45,625 nucleotides of DNA from Flavobacteriaceae bacterium (lineage in GTDB: Bacteria; Bacteroidota; Bacteroidia; Flavobacteriales; Flavobacteriaceae), in contig JBAYSC010000001.1 in NCBI GenBank assembly GCA_041676345.1, forward strand, positions 1-45,625, read 5' to 3'. How positions within the stretch are numbered: position 1 is the stretch's first letter; the number at the start of each line of letters is the position of its first letter. Position numbers and translations under genes: made by a program. The notes below the pieces were generated by a model, which was given only the letters and a program-made list of their open reading frames with translations, was not told the DNA's origin and did not search any database. This document shows positions 1 through 8,959 of the stretch, piece by piece.

Positions 1-12
1 ACTCGAACTGAC
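1..12. repeat. Truncated copy of the palindromic element at 5129-5169
   Basis: ACTCGAACTGAC at 1-12 is identical to 5158-5169. It lies just downstream of the murC stop, and the rest is outside the window. Confidence 0.55.
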
Positions 13-22
13 AACAATCTTA

Positions 23-1390
23 CTACTTTCGTCTTAATACCTCTGCAAGAGAATTTACAAGCTGCCCGATATCGCCTGCTCCTACGATTGTAATAATCTG
101 AGCATCAGAGCTTAAAACTTCATTTTCTAATTCTTGTTTTGATACTAATTTTTTATTCGGATTCGATATTTTACTCAATAATAATTCTGATGTGATTCCC
201 TCAATCGGAAGTTCACGTGCAGGATAGATGTCCAATAAAATAACCTCGTCAAATTGTGATAAACTGGCTGCAAATCCGTCTAAAAAATCCCTTGTCCTAC
301 TGAACAAATGCGGTTGAAAAACTGCCAGATTTTTTTTATTCGGATACAGCTCTTTTACAGCATTATAAACTGCGTTTATCTCGGTCGGGTGATGAGCATA
401 ATCATCAATCAAAACCAAATTATCCGTTTTTATTTTATACGAAAAACGCCTTTCAATTCCTTTGAAATTCCCTAATGCCTTTCTGATATTTTCGTTGGAA
501 ATTCCGTAGGTTTTAGCCATCGAAAGAGCCATAAGTGCATTGCTCAAATTGTGTTTCCCGGGCAAATGAAAACGAATATCCTTTATTGTTTCTTCTTTTG
601 TTTTTACATCAAAAACATAAGCTCCGTTTTCGATTCGGACATTCAGCCCCCTAAAAATCCTCCCCAACCCCTCCGAAGGAGGGGCTTCGTTGTCTGAAAT
701 TTCAACCTGAACACCTTCGAGAGGCAAACCTTTTGATATAAATAATTTCGATTTATCCTGAATTTTATCAGCAAATTCAATGAACGATTCCTCGATATGT
801 GATTTATCTCCGTAAATATCCAAATGGTCAGCATCCATTGAAGTGATACAAGCCATATCAGGATACAACCTCAAAAACGAACGGTCAAATTCGTCTGCCT
901 CCACAACCGTAACCGTTTTTCCGTTTCCGATTAAATTGGAATAGTAATTTTCGACAATACCACCCACAAAAGCTGTTACGTCCACTCCGCTTTGGTGCAA
1001 AATATGTCCTAAAATTCCCGAAGTCGTGGTTTTTCCGTGTGTTCCTGCAACCGCAAAACAATAGGTGTCTTTCGTAATCAATCCTAAAACTTCAGAACGC
1101 TTTTTGATTTCAAACCCGTTGTCGATAAAATAATTCCACTCCAAATGCGATTTCGGAACGGCAGGAGTAACTACAACCAACGTATTTTCTTTGGTAATTC
1201 CGCTTGGAATATTGTTCAAATCGTCCGTATAATGAACTGACATTCCTGTTTTTTCCAATTCTTTGGTAAGCTCGGTTTGAGTTCTGTCATAACCATAAAC
1301 AGATTTCCCGACAGAATGGAAATAACGAGCCAAAGCACTCATTCCGATGCCTCCGATTCCGATGAAAAATATGTTTTTAAATTCGTTCAT
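23..1390 (-). CDS. murC: UDP-N-acetylmuramate--L-alanine ligase
   Basis: Motifs GIGGIGMSALA, GTHGKTTT, EADEFDRSF, DADHLD and DDYAHHP; position in the dcw cluster. Confidence 0.97.
   Translation of the reverse strand: MNEFKNIFFIGIGGIGMSALARYFHSVGKSVYGYDRTQTELTKELEKTGMSVHYTDDLNNIPSGITKENTLVVVTPAVPKSHLEWNYFIDNGFEIKKRSEVLGLITKDTYCFAVAGTHGKTTTSGILGHILHQSGVDVTAFVGGIVENYYSNLIGNGKTVTVVEADEFDRSFLRLYPDMACITSMDADHLDIYGDKSHIEESFIEFADKIQDKSKLFISKGLPLEGVQVEISDNEAPPSEGLGRIFRGLNVRIENGAYVFDVKTKEETIKDIRFHLPGKHNLSNALMALSMAKTYGISNENIRKALGNFKGIERRFSYKIKTDNLVLIDDYAHHPTEINAVYNAVKELYPNKKNLAVFQPHLFSRTRDFLDGFAASLSQFDEVILLDIYPARELPIEGITSELLLSKISNPNKKLVSKQELENEVLSSDAQIITIVGAGDIGQLVNSLAEVLRRK
654..687. repeat. GC-rich REP-like hairpin element, in frame inside murC
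   Basis: Hairpin CCCCTCC-GAA-GGAGGGG (668-684). 33/34 nt identical to the reverse complement of 3831-3864. Encodes part of EAPPSEGLGRIF. Confidence 0.85.
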
Positions 1391-1932
1391 TCTTCTATTA
1401 CTTCTTCTATTACTGAAAACTTTTTCGTTTTTAAACTTAAATTATGTTTAAATGAAAATTCCCAATCTGTTTCAGGTTTTATAATTCTTCCGTAAAATAT
1501 AGCTGTATCGTTTTTAACCTCATAAAATGAATAATGTAAATTTGCAATATCCAAAAAGGACTGGTCTATATAATCCAAAAAACTTTCTTTAACAAAAATA
1601 GTATCAATAATAGTTTCTGAATCTTGTGTAATTTTTAGCTCTATTTGACTGTCTCTATATTTATCAATATATTTGATTTTATTTTCAGGGTTTTCGTGCT
1701 CATTAATTGCATAAGTGTCTAATAATTTTGTTATAATTGATACTTGAATACTTTGTACCAAAGTATCAAATCTTTCCTCTTGTTTAGTTTCAGGAAAATA
1801 TCTTTCTATTATTATGTAATTTTCACTTTCATTATTCAATGAATTGCTTTCAATATCCTGTTTGTCCGTATTCTTTTTACAAGATAACAGACTTAAAAAA
1901 ATCAGAAGTACTATAAAAAATCTATTTCTCAT
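1387..1932 (-). CDS. Hypothetical lipoprotein inserted between murG and murC
   Basis: 181-aa AT-rich ORF with a signal peptide and lipobox (LLSC) followed by KKNT. Its stop overlaps the murC ATG (ATGA). Confidence 0.8.
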   Translation of the reverse strand: MRNRFFIVLLIFLSLLSCKKNTDKQDIESNSLNNESENYIIIERYFPETKQEERFDTLVQSIQVSIITKLLDTYAINEHENPENKIKYIDKYRDSQIELKITQDSETIIDTIFVKESFLDYIDQSFLDIANLHYSFYEVKNDTAIFYGRIIKPETDWEFSFKHNLSLKTKKFSVIEEVIEE

Positions 1933-1950
1933 TTTATCAGTTTTACAATC

Positions 1951-2121
1951 TTAACCTACCGAAATAATCACGTCAAGGTTGTAATATTCAATTTTTCGTT
2001 TTACAGTTCTGTCCCCTTCTTTTTGAACTGTCAAGGATTCCTTGACAATTGCTATTTCACTCAATTATTGTTCTTTAAAACAATTATTCATATGCTTTTC
2101 AATTGTTTTAAATTTATTCAT
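1951..2121 (-). pseudogene. Decayed fragment of a RhuM-family gene
   Basis: Manual translation gives MNKFKTIEKHMNNCFKEQ*LSEIAIVKESLTVQKEGDRTVKRKIEYYNLDVIISVG*. This aligns with HISNILEEKELESNSVVKNYFTTASDGKNYEVTFYSLDMILAIGF of the intact RhuM in this window. Internal stop at 2065-2067. Confidence 0.8.
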
Positions 2122-2155
2122 TTTAAATTTGATTGTTGTGTAGTTTTGTTTTTAA

Positions 2156-3745
2156 TCAAAACCATTCTTTACCTGTTAAAATATCTTTTCCGTATTCTTC
2201 AAGCATTTTTGCATTATTTTCTAAAGCCTTTTTATATCCTTGTTCATAATTGGGTTGTAATGTTTCGTAATCAATTATTACTCCCTTTTTTTCTGCTAAA
2301 TCATAAAATATTTTTATTCTCTCGCTATCATTATCACTATATGGTGTATCTTCCCCTTTATATATGTAGAAATAAAAAAAATAATCTCTATAATCAAACC
2401 CTAAAGAAACTTTTATTCCATTACCTGCATAATCAACATAAGCCCCATAATTCAAATTACTATCCTTAATGATTTTTAATCCGTATTTTTCCAAAAATGA
2501 AAAATTCTGTTTCAAAACATCTGTATTAGCATATTTATCTGATATAAAAGAAGACTTAAAATTAACTTTCATTCCTGATAATTTCACAATCTCATCCACA
2601 ATGTCTTTTGTTGCGTTTGGCTTGGCTAATTCTTTTATATTCTCGCTTAATTCTTTTTGTAAATTTTCGTTATTGATTATTTCCGAAAAAACGTCCTCAA
2701 AACGAATTTCCAATTCGGATTCCTTAATCAAAATTGCTCCGTTTTTGTCTGCTATCGCTTTGGCATTTTTGGTTTGGTGGTCTTCAGCCACATTAGGCGA
2801 AGGAATGAAAATAGTCGGCTTTCCGACAATCGACAGCTCCGAAACCGAAGATGCTCCTGCCCTCGAAATAATCACGTCCGCAACCGAATAAACCAAATCC
2901 ATTCTGTCAATAAACGGAAGTACCGTTATTAGTTGTCGGTTGTCGGTTGTCGGTTGTTCTATGTTGGAATTATACTTTTTGTATTCTTCGTAATAAAACT
3001 TTCCGCATTGCCAGATAATCTGAACATCTTGGTTTACGATAAAATCCAATTCTTTTTCAATCAGTTGGTTTATCCTCCTTGCTCCCAAACTTCCTCCCAA
3101 AACCAACAATGTTTTTTTGTTCGGATTCAAATCAAAATGTTTTATTCCGTCCTGTCTGTTTTTCTCCACATTCAGCAAATCCTGACGAACAGGATTTCCC
3201 GTAAAAACGATTTTTTCTTTCGGGAAGAATTTTTCCAATCCGTCATAAGCCACACAAATCGCTTTCGCCTTTTTAGAAAGTACCTTATTGGTGATTCCGG
3301 GATAGGAATTCTGCTCCTGAATCAAAGTCGGAATCCCCATACTTTGTGCTACCTGCACAACCGAGCCACTCGCAAAACCTCCTGTTCCGATAACCACATC
3401 AGGCTTAAAACCTTTAATTATTTTTCGTGATTTTAGTAAACTCGATAAAAATTTAAACGGAAATTTCAGGTTTTCTAAAGTCAGTTTTCGTTGTATTCCC
3501 GCAATCCAAAGACCTTCGATTTTATACCCTGCCTGTGGGACTTTCTGCATTTCCATTTTGTCTTTTGCTCCCACAAACAGAATTTCACAATCGGAAAACC
3601 TTAACTTTAATTCATTCGCAATTGCAATGGCAGGATAGATATGTCCTCCTGTTCCTCCGCCTGATATGAGAATCCTCACCCCCGACCCCTCTCCAAAGGA
3701 GAGGGGAGAAGTTGGAGTATTAATATTTTGTTCTTTGTTATTCAT
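2156..3745 (-). CDS. murG: Undecaprenyl-PP-MurNAc-pentapeptide GlcNAc transferase with a 138-aa C-terminal extension
   Basis: Motifs [37 protein letters not shown] and DHQTKNA. The core ends near [12 protein letters not shown] (~2580) and the frame stays open to 2156. Confidence 0.95.
   Translation of the reverse strand: MNNKEQNINTPTSPLSFGEGSGVRILISGGGTGGHIYPAIAIANELKLRFSDCEILFVGAKDKMEMQKVPQAGYKIEGLWIAGIQRKLTLENLKFPFKFLSSLLKSRKIIKGFKPDVVIGTGGFASGSVVQVAQSMGIPTLIQEQNSYPGITNKVLSKKAKAICVAYDGLEKFFPKEKIVFTGNPVRQDLLNVEKNRQDGIKHFDLNPNKKTLLVLGGSLGARRINQLIEKELDFIVNQDVQIIWQCGKFYYEEYKKYNSNIEQPTTDNRQLITVLPFIDRMDLVYSVADVIISRAGASSVSELSIVGKPTIFIPSPNVAEDHQTKNAKAIADKNGAILIKESELEIRFEDVFSEIINNENLQKELSENIKELAKPNATKDIVDEIVKLSGMKVNFKSSFISDKYANTDVLKQNFSFLEKYGLKIIKDSNLNYGAYVDYAGNGIKVSLGFDYRDYFFYFYIYKGEDTPYSDNDSERIKIFYDLAEKKGVIIDYETLQPNYEQGYKKALENNAKMLEEYGKDILTGKEWF
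2932..2957. repeat. Heptamer tandem repeat (GTTGTCG)x3 plus partial copy, in frame inside murG
   Basis: GTTGTCG GTTGTCG GTTGTCG GTTGT, encoding QPTTDNRQL. Confidence 0.85.
3674..3707. repeat. GC-rich REP-like hairpin element in the murG 5' end
   Basis: Hairpin CCCCTCTCC-AAA-GGAGAGGGG (3686-3706), encoding [12 protein letters not shown] just before [11 protein letters not shown]. Confidence 0.85.
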
Positions 3746-5090
3746 ATTTAGTTCCTCCTTTGGAGAGACTCTTTAGTGCTTTTACTGCAATTTTTTCGTC
3801 TTCTGTTATATCTTTTTCTATGCTTTCCGAAAGCCCCTCCTTTGGAGGGGTTGGGGAGGATTTTCTTTCCTCTTCCTCCTGAATTTCTTTTTCTATCAAT
3901 CTTTCGAGGGCTTTTTCACGTTGCATTTTCTCTTTTTCTTCCTCTTTGATTTCCTCTTCTTTTTTGGTTACGTTCAGTATGATTCCGATAGCCAGACAGG
4001 TCATCCAAATCGAACTTCCTCCACTACTAATCAAAGGCAAGGTCTGTCCCGTAGTCGGGAAAAGCTCCACAGCCACTCCCATATTGACAAGTGCCTGAAA
4101 AATTATCGGAAAGCCAAGCCCTGCCACAACCAGTGTTCCGAACATATTTCTGGCTTGTATAGAGGCTCTGAGGAATCTGAAAAACAAAATCAGATAGAGC
4201 AGAATTACTCCGAAAGCTCCGAAAAGTCCGTATTCTTCGACAATTATTGCATAAATAAAATCGGAAGAAGATTGTGGTAAAAAGTTTCGCTGTACACTCT
4301 TTCCGGGACCTAAACCGTTTATACCTCCTGTGGCAATGGCAATTTTTGCTTTTTCGATTTGGTAGGCTTCTTCTTCATTTTCACTTCCATTGATAAAATT
4401 TTCAACCCGATTTTCCCAAGTAGTTACCCTGTTTTTAAAAGCGTCAGGAAAGGCTTTGGCAACCAATACAAAAAGCGTTAATCCAATCAATCCCATAAAC
4501 AGGATTCTGACCAAATATTTTAACGGATAGCCTCCGATAAAAACCAACATCACCACCATCGAAAACATTATGGCTGCTGTCGAAAAGTTGGCAGGTAAAA
4601 TCAAGGCAATCACAGCAAAAACAGGAAGCCACAATTCCCACAATGAAGATTTGAAAGTGAACTCCTTGCCTTTGATTTTTGCCAGATACCTTGCTACATA
4701 GAGCATCAGCACTACAAAAGCCAAGGTCGAAGTCTGGAAACCCACTCCGATAAACGGAATCTGAATCCAACGGCTGGCATTGGCTCCGCCTATGGTTTTT
4801 CCCTGTAAAAGGGTATATAACAGCAACAACACAATAATCGGGATTCCGATAATCGAAATGGCTCTGAAATAATTATACGGAATTCGATGGACTACATAAA
4901 TGATGAAAAATCCGAAACCTACGTGAGCCAAATGTTTGATTAAATAACTCAACGTATTTCCGCTACCGTAAGCTCCGTAAGCCAAATTACTACTGGCACT
5001 ATACACAGGCAAAAACGAAACAATAGCCAAAAGAGCCACAATAGCCCAGATGGTTTTGTCTCCTTTTAAATTGTGAAATAGTGTTTTCAT
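3738..5090 (-). CDS. ftsW: Cell division SEDS protein FtsW
   Basis: Multi-TM protein with [33 protein letters not shown] and [16 protein letters not shown]; directly upstream of murG. Confidence 0.95.
   Translation of the reverse strand: MKTLFHNLKGDKTIWAIVALLAIVSFLPVYSASSNLAYGAYGSGNTLSYLIKHLAHVGFGFFIIYVVHRIPYNYFRAISIIGIPIIVLLLLYTLLQGKTIGGANASRWIQIPFIGVGFQTSTLAFVVLMLYVARYLAKIKGKEFTFKSSLWELWLPVFAVIALILPANFSTAAIMFSMVVMLVFIGGYPLKYLVRILFMGLIGLTLFVLVAKAFPDAFKNRVTTWENRVENFINGSENEEEAYQIEKAKIAIATGGINGLGPGKSVQRNFLPQSSSDFIYAIIVEEYGLFGAFGVILLYLILFFRFLRASIQARNMFGTLVVAGLGFPIIFQALVNMGVAVELFPTTGQTLPLISSGGSSIWMTCLAIGIILNVTKKEEEIKEEEKEKMQREKALERLIEKEIQEEEERKSSPTPPKEGLSESIEKDITEDEKIAVKALKSLSKGGTKYE
3831..3864. 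repeat. GC-rich REP-like hairpin element, in frame in the FtsW C-terminal tail
   Basis: AAGCCCCTCCTTTGGAGGGGTTGGGGAGGATTTT, encoding [11 protein letters not shown]; an inverted near-identical copy of 654-687. Confidence 0.85.
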
Positions 5091-5094
5091 TTTT

Positions 5095-5128
5095 TTTGTT
5101 TAAGGTTCAAAGTTTAAGGTTTAAAGTT
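5095..5128. repeat. GTTYAAR heptamer array resembling one arm of the 81-bp repeat
   Basis: TTTGTTTAAGGTTCAAAGTTTAAGGTTTAAAGTT resembles the arms of 8870-8950 and 10113-10193. Confidence 0.8.
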
Positions 5129-5169
5129 GTTCTCGATACGCTCCACTTCGTTTCGCTACTCGAACTGAC
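5129..5169. repeat. Imperfect palindromic REP-like element with two TCGA cores
   Basis: GTTCTCGATACGCTCCACTTCGTTTCGCTACTCGAACTGAC; its last 12 nt recur at 1-12. Confidence 0.65.
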
Positions 5170-5194
5170 GTAACCTAAATCTTTGTTCTATTCT

Positions 5195-6205
5195 CTATTT
5201 TTTCAATTTCTTTATATCTTCCTCTAATTTCTTTAATTCTTCTAAATCCTGTTGGTCTGCAAGTCGGGCTTCGTAATTTTTGCGTTGGGTTTGGAAATCG
5301 TCATAGATTTTTCCGACTATTTCCTCCATTTGTGCATTGCTGATTTTTCCTTTATCGGTCAATAGTTTTCGGTCGTTATAAGCAATCATTCTGTCCACAT
5401 TTTCCCTCCAAAAATCCATTGTGATGTCTTTTCGTTCTTTTACCCGCAATTCTGCTGTTTCCAAAAAGATAACAACCAAACGATTTAACGTATCAATTTC
5501 ATCTTCCGTAAGATAGTTTTTCGCAATATAAATGTCCTGTTTCCGAACGATTGTACCTTTCCAACTCGTTAATGCCATATTCGGCTTTGAGGAATCAGCA
5601 CGGGAAACGACGATTTCGGAAGCCGTTTGATTGGTTACAGCATACAACAACTTGTTTTGTGTTTCCGCAAAAAACATTTGAGTGGATTTGTCGGTCGTAT
5701 CATAATCGCTACTCAACGTAAACAAATCTCGGACTTTCTGATAAAAACGCTTTTCGGAAGCACGAATATCACGGATTCGTTTGAGCAATTCATCAAAATA
5801 ATCGGGTCTTCCGTCAGGATTTTTCAGCCGTTCATCGTCCATTACAAAACCCTTAATCATATATTCTTTCAGATTTCGGTTTGCCCATTGTCGAAACTGC
5901 GTACCTCGTTTGCTCCGTACCCGAAAACCGATAGCCAAAATCATATCCAAACTGTAAAAAGTTACCTCGTAATTTTTACCATCAGAGGCAGTTGTAAAGT
6001 AATTCTTTACAACTGAATTTGATTCTAACTCTTTTTCCTCCAATATGTTAGATATATGTTGCCCTATGTTTTGCTTTGAGGTGGCAAAAAGTTCGGCTAA
6101 TTGATTTTGATTAAGCCAAATTGAGCCGTCCTGTGCAAAAAGCGACACAGAAGTTTTACCGTCTTCCGATTGATATATGATGATATTTTGCTCTGAATTT
6201 TGCAT
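5195..6205 (-). CDS. RhuM-family (virulence RhuM / putative DNA-binding) protein inserted between murD and ftsW
   Basis: Family signature WLNQNQLAELF, YSLDMILAIGFRVRSKRGTQFRQWA, EYMIKGFVMDDERLK, DYFDELLKRIRDIRASEKRFYQK and KNYLTEDE. Confidence 0.92.
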   Translation of the reverse strand: MQNSEQNIIIYQSEDGKTSVSLFAQDGSIWLNQNQLAELFATSKQNIGQHISNILEEKELESNSVVKNYFTTASDGKNYEVTFYSLDMILAIGFRVRSKRGTQFRQWANRNLKEYMIKGFVMDDERLKNPDGRPDYFDELLKRIRDIRASEKRFYQKVRDLFTLSSDYDTTDKSTQMFFAETQNKLLYAVTNQTASEIVVSRADSSKPNMALTSWKGTIVRKQDIYIAKNYLTEDEIDTLNRLVVIFLETAELRVKERKDITMDFWRENVDRMIAYNDRKLLTDKGKISNAQMEEIVGKIYDDFQTQRKNYEARLADQQDLEELKKLEEDIKKLKK

Positions 6206-6273
6206 TTATTTTTACGAAATCCCGTACGTTTTTTTTCTCTGTTTTTTTGTTTAATCGTTGTTTTATTCTCTAA

Positions 6274-6311
6274 AAATCTGCAATCTTAAATCGTTAATCA
6301 TCAATCTTAAA
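6274..6311. repeat. AATC/GATT-type heptamer array directly downstream of the murD stop
   Basis: AATCTGC AATCTTA AATCGTT AATCATC AATCTTA. Positions 6289-6307 are the exact reverse complement of 41153-41171. Confidence 0.75.
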
Positions 6312-7643
6312 TCAAAGCTGCCTTACGGCTTGTTTAAATTTATTTCCTCTGTCCTCGTAATTCTCAAACAAATCGAAACTTGCACAAGCAGGAGATAATA
6401 ATACCGTTTCGCCTTTTTCTGCAATTCTTGACGAAATCTTAACGGCTTCGTCCATACTTTGTGTTTCGACCATAATATCTACTACGTTTGCGAAAGCTTC
6501 AATCAGTTTTTGGTTGTCAATTCCCAAACAGATAATTGCCTTTACTTTTTCCCGTACCAAAGGCATCAATTCGCTGTAATCATTGCCTTTGTCCACACCT
6601 CCTGCAATCCACACGATAGGCGAAGAAACACTGTCTAAAGCAAAAAATACGGAATTAACATTGGTTGCTTTTGAATCGTTAATGTATTGTACGTTGTGTA
6701 TTTTCAGCACTTTTTCCAAACGATGTTCTGCTCCCTGAAAATTCGACATACTCTCACGAATAGTGTTTTTGCGAACACGCAAAATCTGGGCAACCGTGGC
6801 AGCAGCCATTGCATTTTTGATATTGTGTTTTCCCTCTAAAGCAATTTTACTTACAGGAATGGTCATTTCTTCTTGGTCAATATTGATAATCATAGTATTT
6901 TGGTTTAAGTATGCTCCGTTATTTATCTTTTTTGTAAGCGAAAAGCCTACTAATTTTGCTCTTGTTTTATTGTTTTTCAGCCATTTTTCAATCTCGATGT
7001 CGTCAGCATCATAAATCAGATAATCGTTCTCCGTCTGATTCATCGTGATACGAAATTTGGCATTGATATAATTTTCGTATTTGTAATCGTATCGGTCTAA
7101 ATGGTCGGGACTCAAATTCGTAATTACTGCAATATGTGGTGCATAATTTTTGATTCCATCCAGCTGAAAGCTCGATAATTCCAACACATATCCGTCATAA
7201 TTTTTGTTGGCAACCTGCTCTGCAAAACTATCTCCGATATTCCCTGCCAAACCGACATTCAATCCTCCCGATTTCAACAAATGATAGGTTAAAAGCGTTG
7301 TGGTTGTTTTTCCGTTGCTTCCTGTAATTCCAACCGTAAAAGCCTTTGAAAACCTTGAGGCAAATTCGATTTCAGAAATTACCTCAATCCCTTTTTCTCT
7401 CAGTTTTTTGACAATTGGTGCTTTGTCAGGAATTCCCGGGGATTTCATCACCACATCACCACTTAGAATTTTTTCCTCCGTATGCTTTTCTTCCTCCCAA
7501 TCAATTTCGTTTTGTATAAGAACGTCTTTATAATTCTGTTTTATTTTCCCGAAGTCAGACAGAAATACTTCGTAACCTTCTTTCTTTCCTAAAAGTGCAG
7601 TGCCTACTCCACTTTCTCCTCCTCCTAAAACAACCAACTTCAT
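6312..7643 (-). CDS. murD: UDP-MurNAc-L-Ala--D-glutamate ligase
   Basis: Motifs GGGESG, KSPGI, ITGSNGKTTT, ELSSFQL, DHLDRY, NDSKATN and LLSPACASFD. Confidence 0.97.
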   Translation of the reverse strand: MKLVVLGGGESGVGTALLGKKEGYEVFLSDFGKIKQNYKDVLIQNEIDWEEEKHTEEKILSGDVVMKSPGIPDKAPIVKKLREKGIEVISEIEFASRFSKAFTVGITGSNGKTTTTLLTYHLLKSGGLNVGLAGNIGDSFAEQVANKNYDGYVLELSSFQLDGIKNYAPHIAVITNLSPDHLDRYDYKYENYINAKFRITMNQTENDYLIYDADDIEIEKWLKNNKTRAKLVGFSLTKKINNGAYLNQNTMIINIDQEEMTIPVSKIALEGKHNIKNAMAAATVAQILRVRKNTIRESMSNFQGAEHRLEKVLKIHNVQYINDSKATNVNSVFFALDSVSSPIVWIAGGVDKGNDYSELMPLVREKVKAIICLGIDNQKLIEAFANVVDIMVETQSMDEAVKISSRIAEKGETVLLSPACASFDLFENYEDRGNKFKQAVRQL

Positions 7644-8869
7644 TATCTTAATTTCAATGTTACAATCGAAATAATAGCAAGCAAAATCCCGATAATCCAG
7701 AATCGGGTTACAATTTTACTTTCGTGATAGCCCTTTTTCTGATAATGATGATGCAAAGGTGCCATCAGGAAAATACGTCTTCCTTCTCCGTATTTTTTTC
7801 GGGTGTATTTGAAGTACGAAACCTGCATTACAACCGATAAATTTTCGACTAAAAATATTCCGCACAAAACAGGAATCAGCAATTCCTTACGTACAGCAAT
7901 AGCCAATACAGCTATAATTCCTCCAATTGTCAGACTTCCCGTATCTCCCATAAAAACCTGTGCAGGATAGGCATTGTACCATAAAAATCCAACCAAAGCT
8001 CCTACAAAAGCCGATATAAAAACCGTCATTTCCCCTGAATTGGGGATATACATTATATTCAGATAATTCGAGAAAATAATGTTACCCGAAACGAATGTGA
8101 ATATTCCGAGTGCGACGACAATAATAGCAGACGAACCTGCTGCCAATCCGTCAATTCCGTCTGTAAGGTTTGCTCCGTTCGATACAGCCGTTACAATCAG
8201 AATCACAACAGGAATAAATATCAGCCAAGCATAATTTTTGTAATCATCTCCAACCCACGAAATCAGTTCGGCATAATCAAATTCATTGTTTTTAAAGAAA
8301 GGAATCGTGGTAGCAGTCGATTTTTCTTCTACTACTTTCGTAGGAACTACAATCTGATTTTCGGTTACTACATTTCCTTTAGTGGTATCAGTTCTGATGG
8401 TAATCGAATCGTTAAAATACATTACACAACCCACCAAAAGTCCTAAACCTACTTGTCCTACTACTTTGAATTTTCCTTTTAATCCTTCTTTATTTTTACG
8501 GAAAACCTTGATATAATCGTCCAAAAACCCGATGAATCCCATCCAAATCGTGGTTACAATCAACAGAATCACATAAATATTATCCAATTTTGCAAACAAC
8601 AGAACAGGAACAAGCGTAGCAAAAATGATAATCAAACCTCCCATTGTCGGAGTTCCTGCTTTTTGGTTTTGTCCTTCTAAACCAAGTTCCCGGATAGTTT
8701 CTCCAATCTGTTTACGTCTGATGAAATTGATAATCCGTTTACCGAAAACCATCGAAAGCAAAAGCGACAACAAAACAGCCGCAGCCGAACGAAACGTAAT
8801 GTATTGGAATACTCCCGTTCCCGGCAAATCAAAGTTTTTGTCTAAATATTCGAATAAGTAGTATAACAT
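7643..8869 (-). CDS. mraY: Phospho-N-acetylmuramoyl-pentapeptide transferase
   Basis: Motifs [31 protein letters not shown] and MAPLHHHY. Confidence 0.97.
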   Translation of the reverse strand: MLYYLFEYLDKNFDLPGTGVFQYITFRSAAAVLLSLLLSMVFGKRIINFIRRKQIGETIRELGLEGQNQKAGTPTMGGLIIIFATLVPVLLFAKLDNIYVILLIVTTIWMGFIGFLDDYIKVFRKNKEGLKGKFKVVGQVGLGLLVGCVMYFNDSITIRTDTTKGNVVTENQIVVPTKVVEEKSTATTIPFFKNNEFDYAELISWVGDDYKNYAWLIFIPVVILIVTAVSNGANLTDGIDGLAAGSSAIIVVALGIFTFVSGNIIFSNYLNIMYIPNSGEMTVFISAFVGALVGFLWYNAYPAQVFMGDTGSLTIGGIIAVLAIAVRKELLIPVLCGIFLVENLSVVMQVSYFKYTRKKYGEGRRIFLMAPLHHHYQKKGYHESKIVTRFWIIGILLAIISIVTLKLR

Positions 8870-8950
8870 ATTTCTTTTGTTTAAGGTTTAAGGTTTGAAG
8901 TTTAAGGTTTAGCAACTTTGAACCTTAAACTTTGAACTTTAAACAAATTA
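8870..8950. repeat. 81-bp direct repeat, copy 1 (imperfect palindrome built from heptamers)
   Basis: Identical base for base to 10113-10193 (offset 1243) by manual comparison; abuts the mraY ATG. Confidence 0.95.
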
Positions 8951-8959
8951 TTTATCAGT

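Noticed and set aside
1960-1974. 15-bp identity with murG 2864-2878 (CGAAATAATCACGTC)
   Set aside because: Both encode DVIIS in unrelated proteins (the RhuM motif and MurG), so it is most simply a coincidence. A role as recombination microhomology cannot be shown.
8948-8959. Possible relic murE end (ACT GAT AAA TAA) after the DUF1016 stop
   Set aside because: Too short to distinguish from chance.
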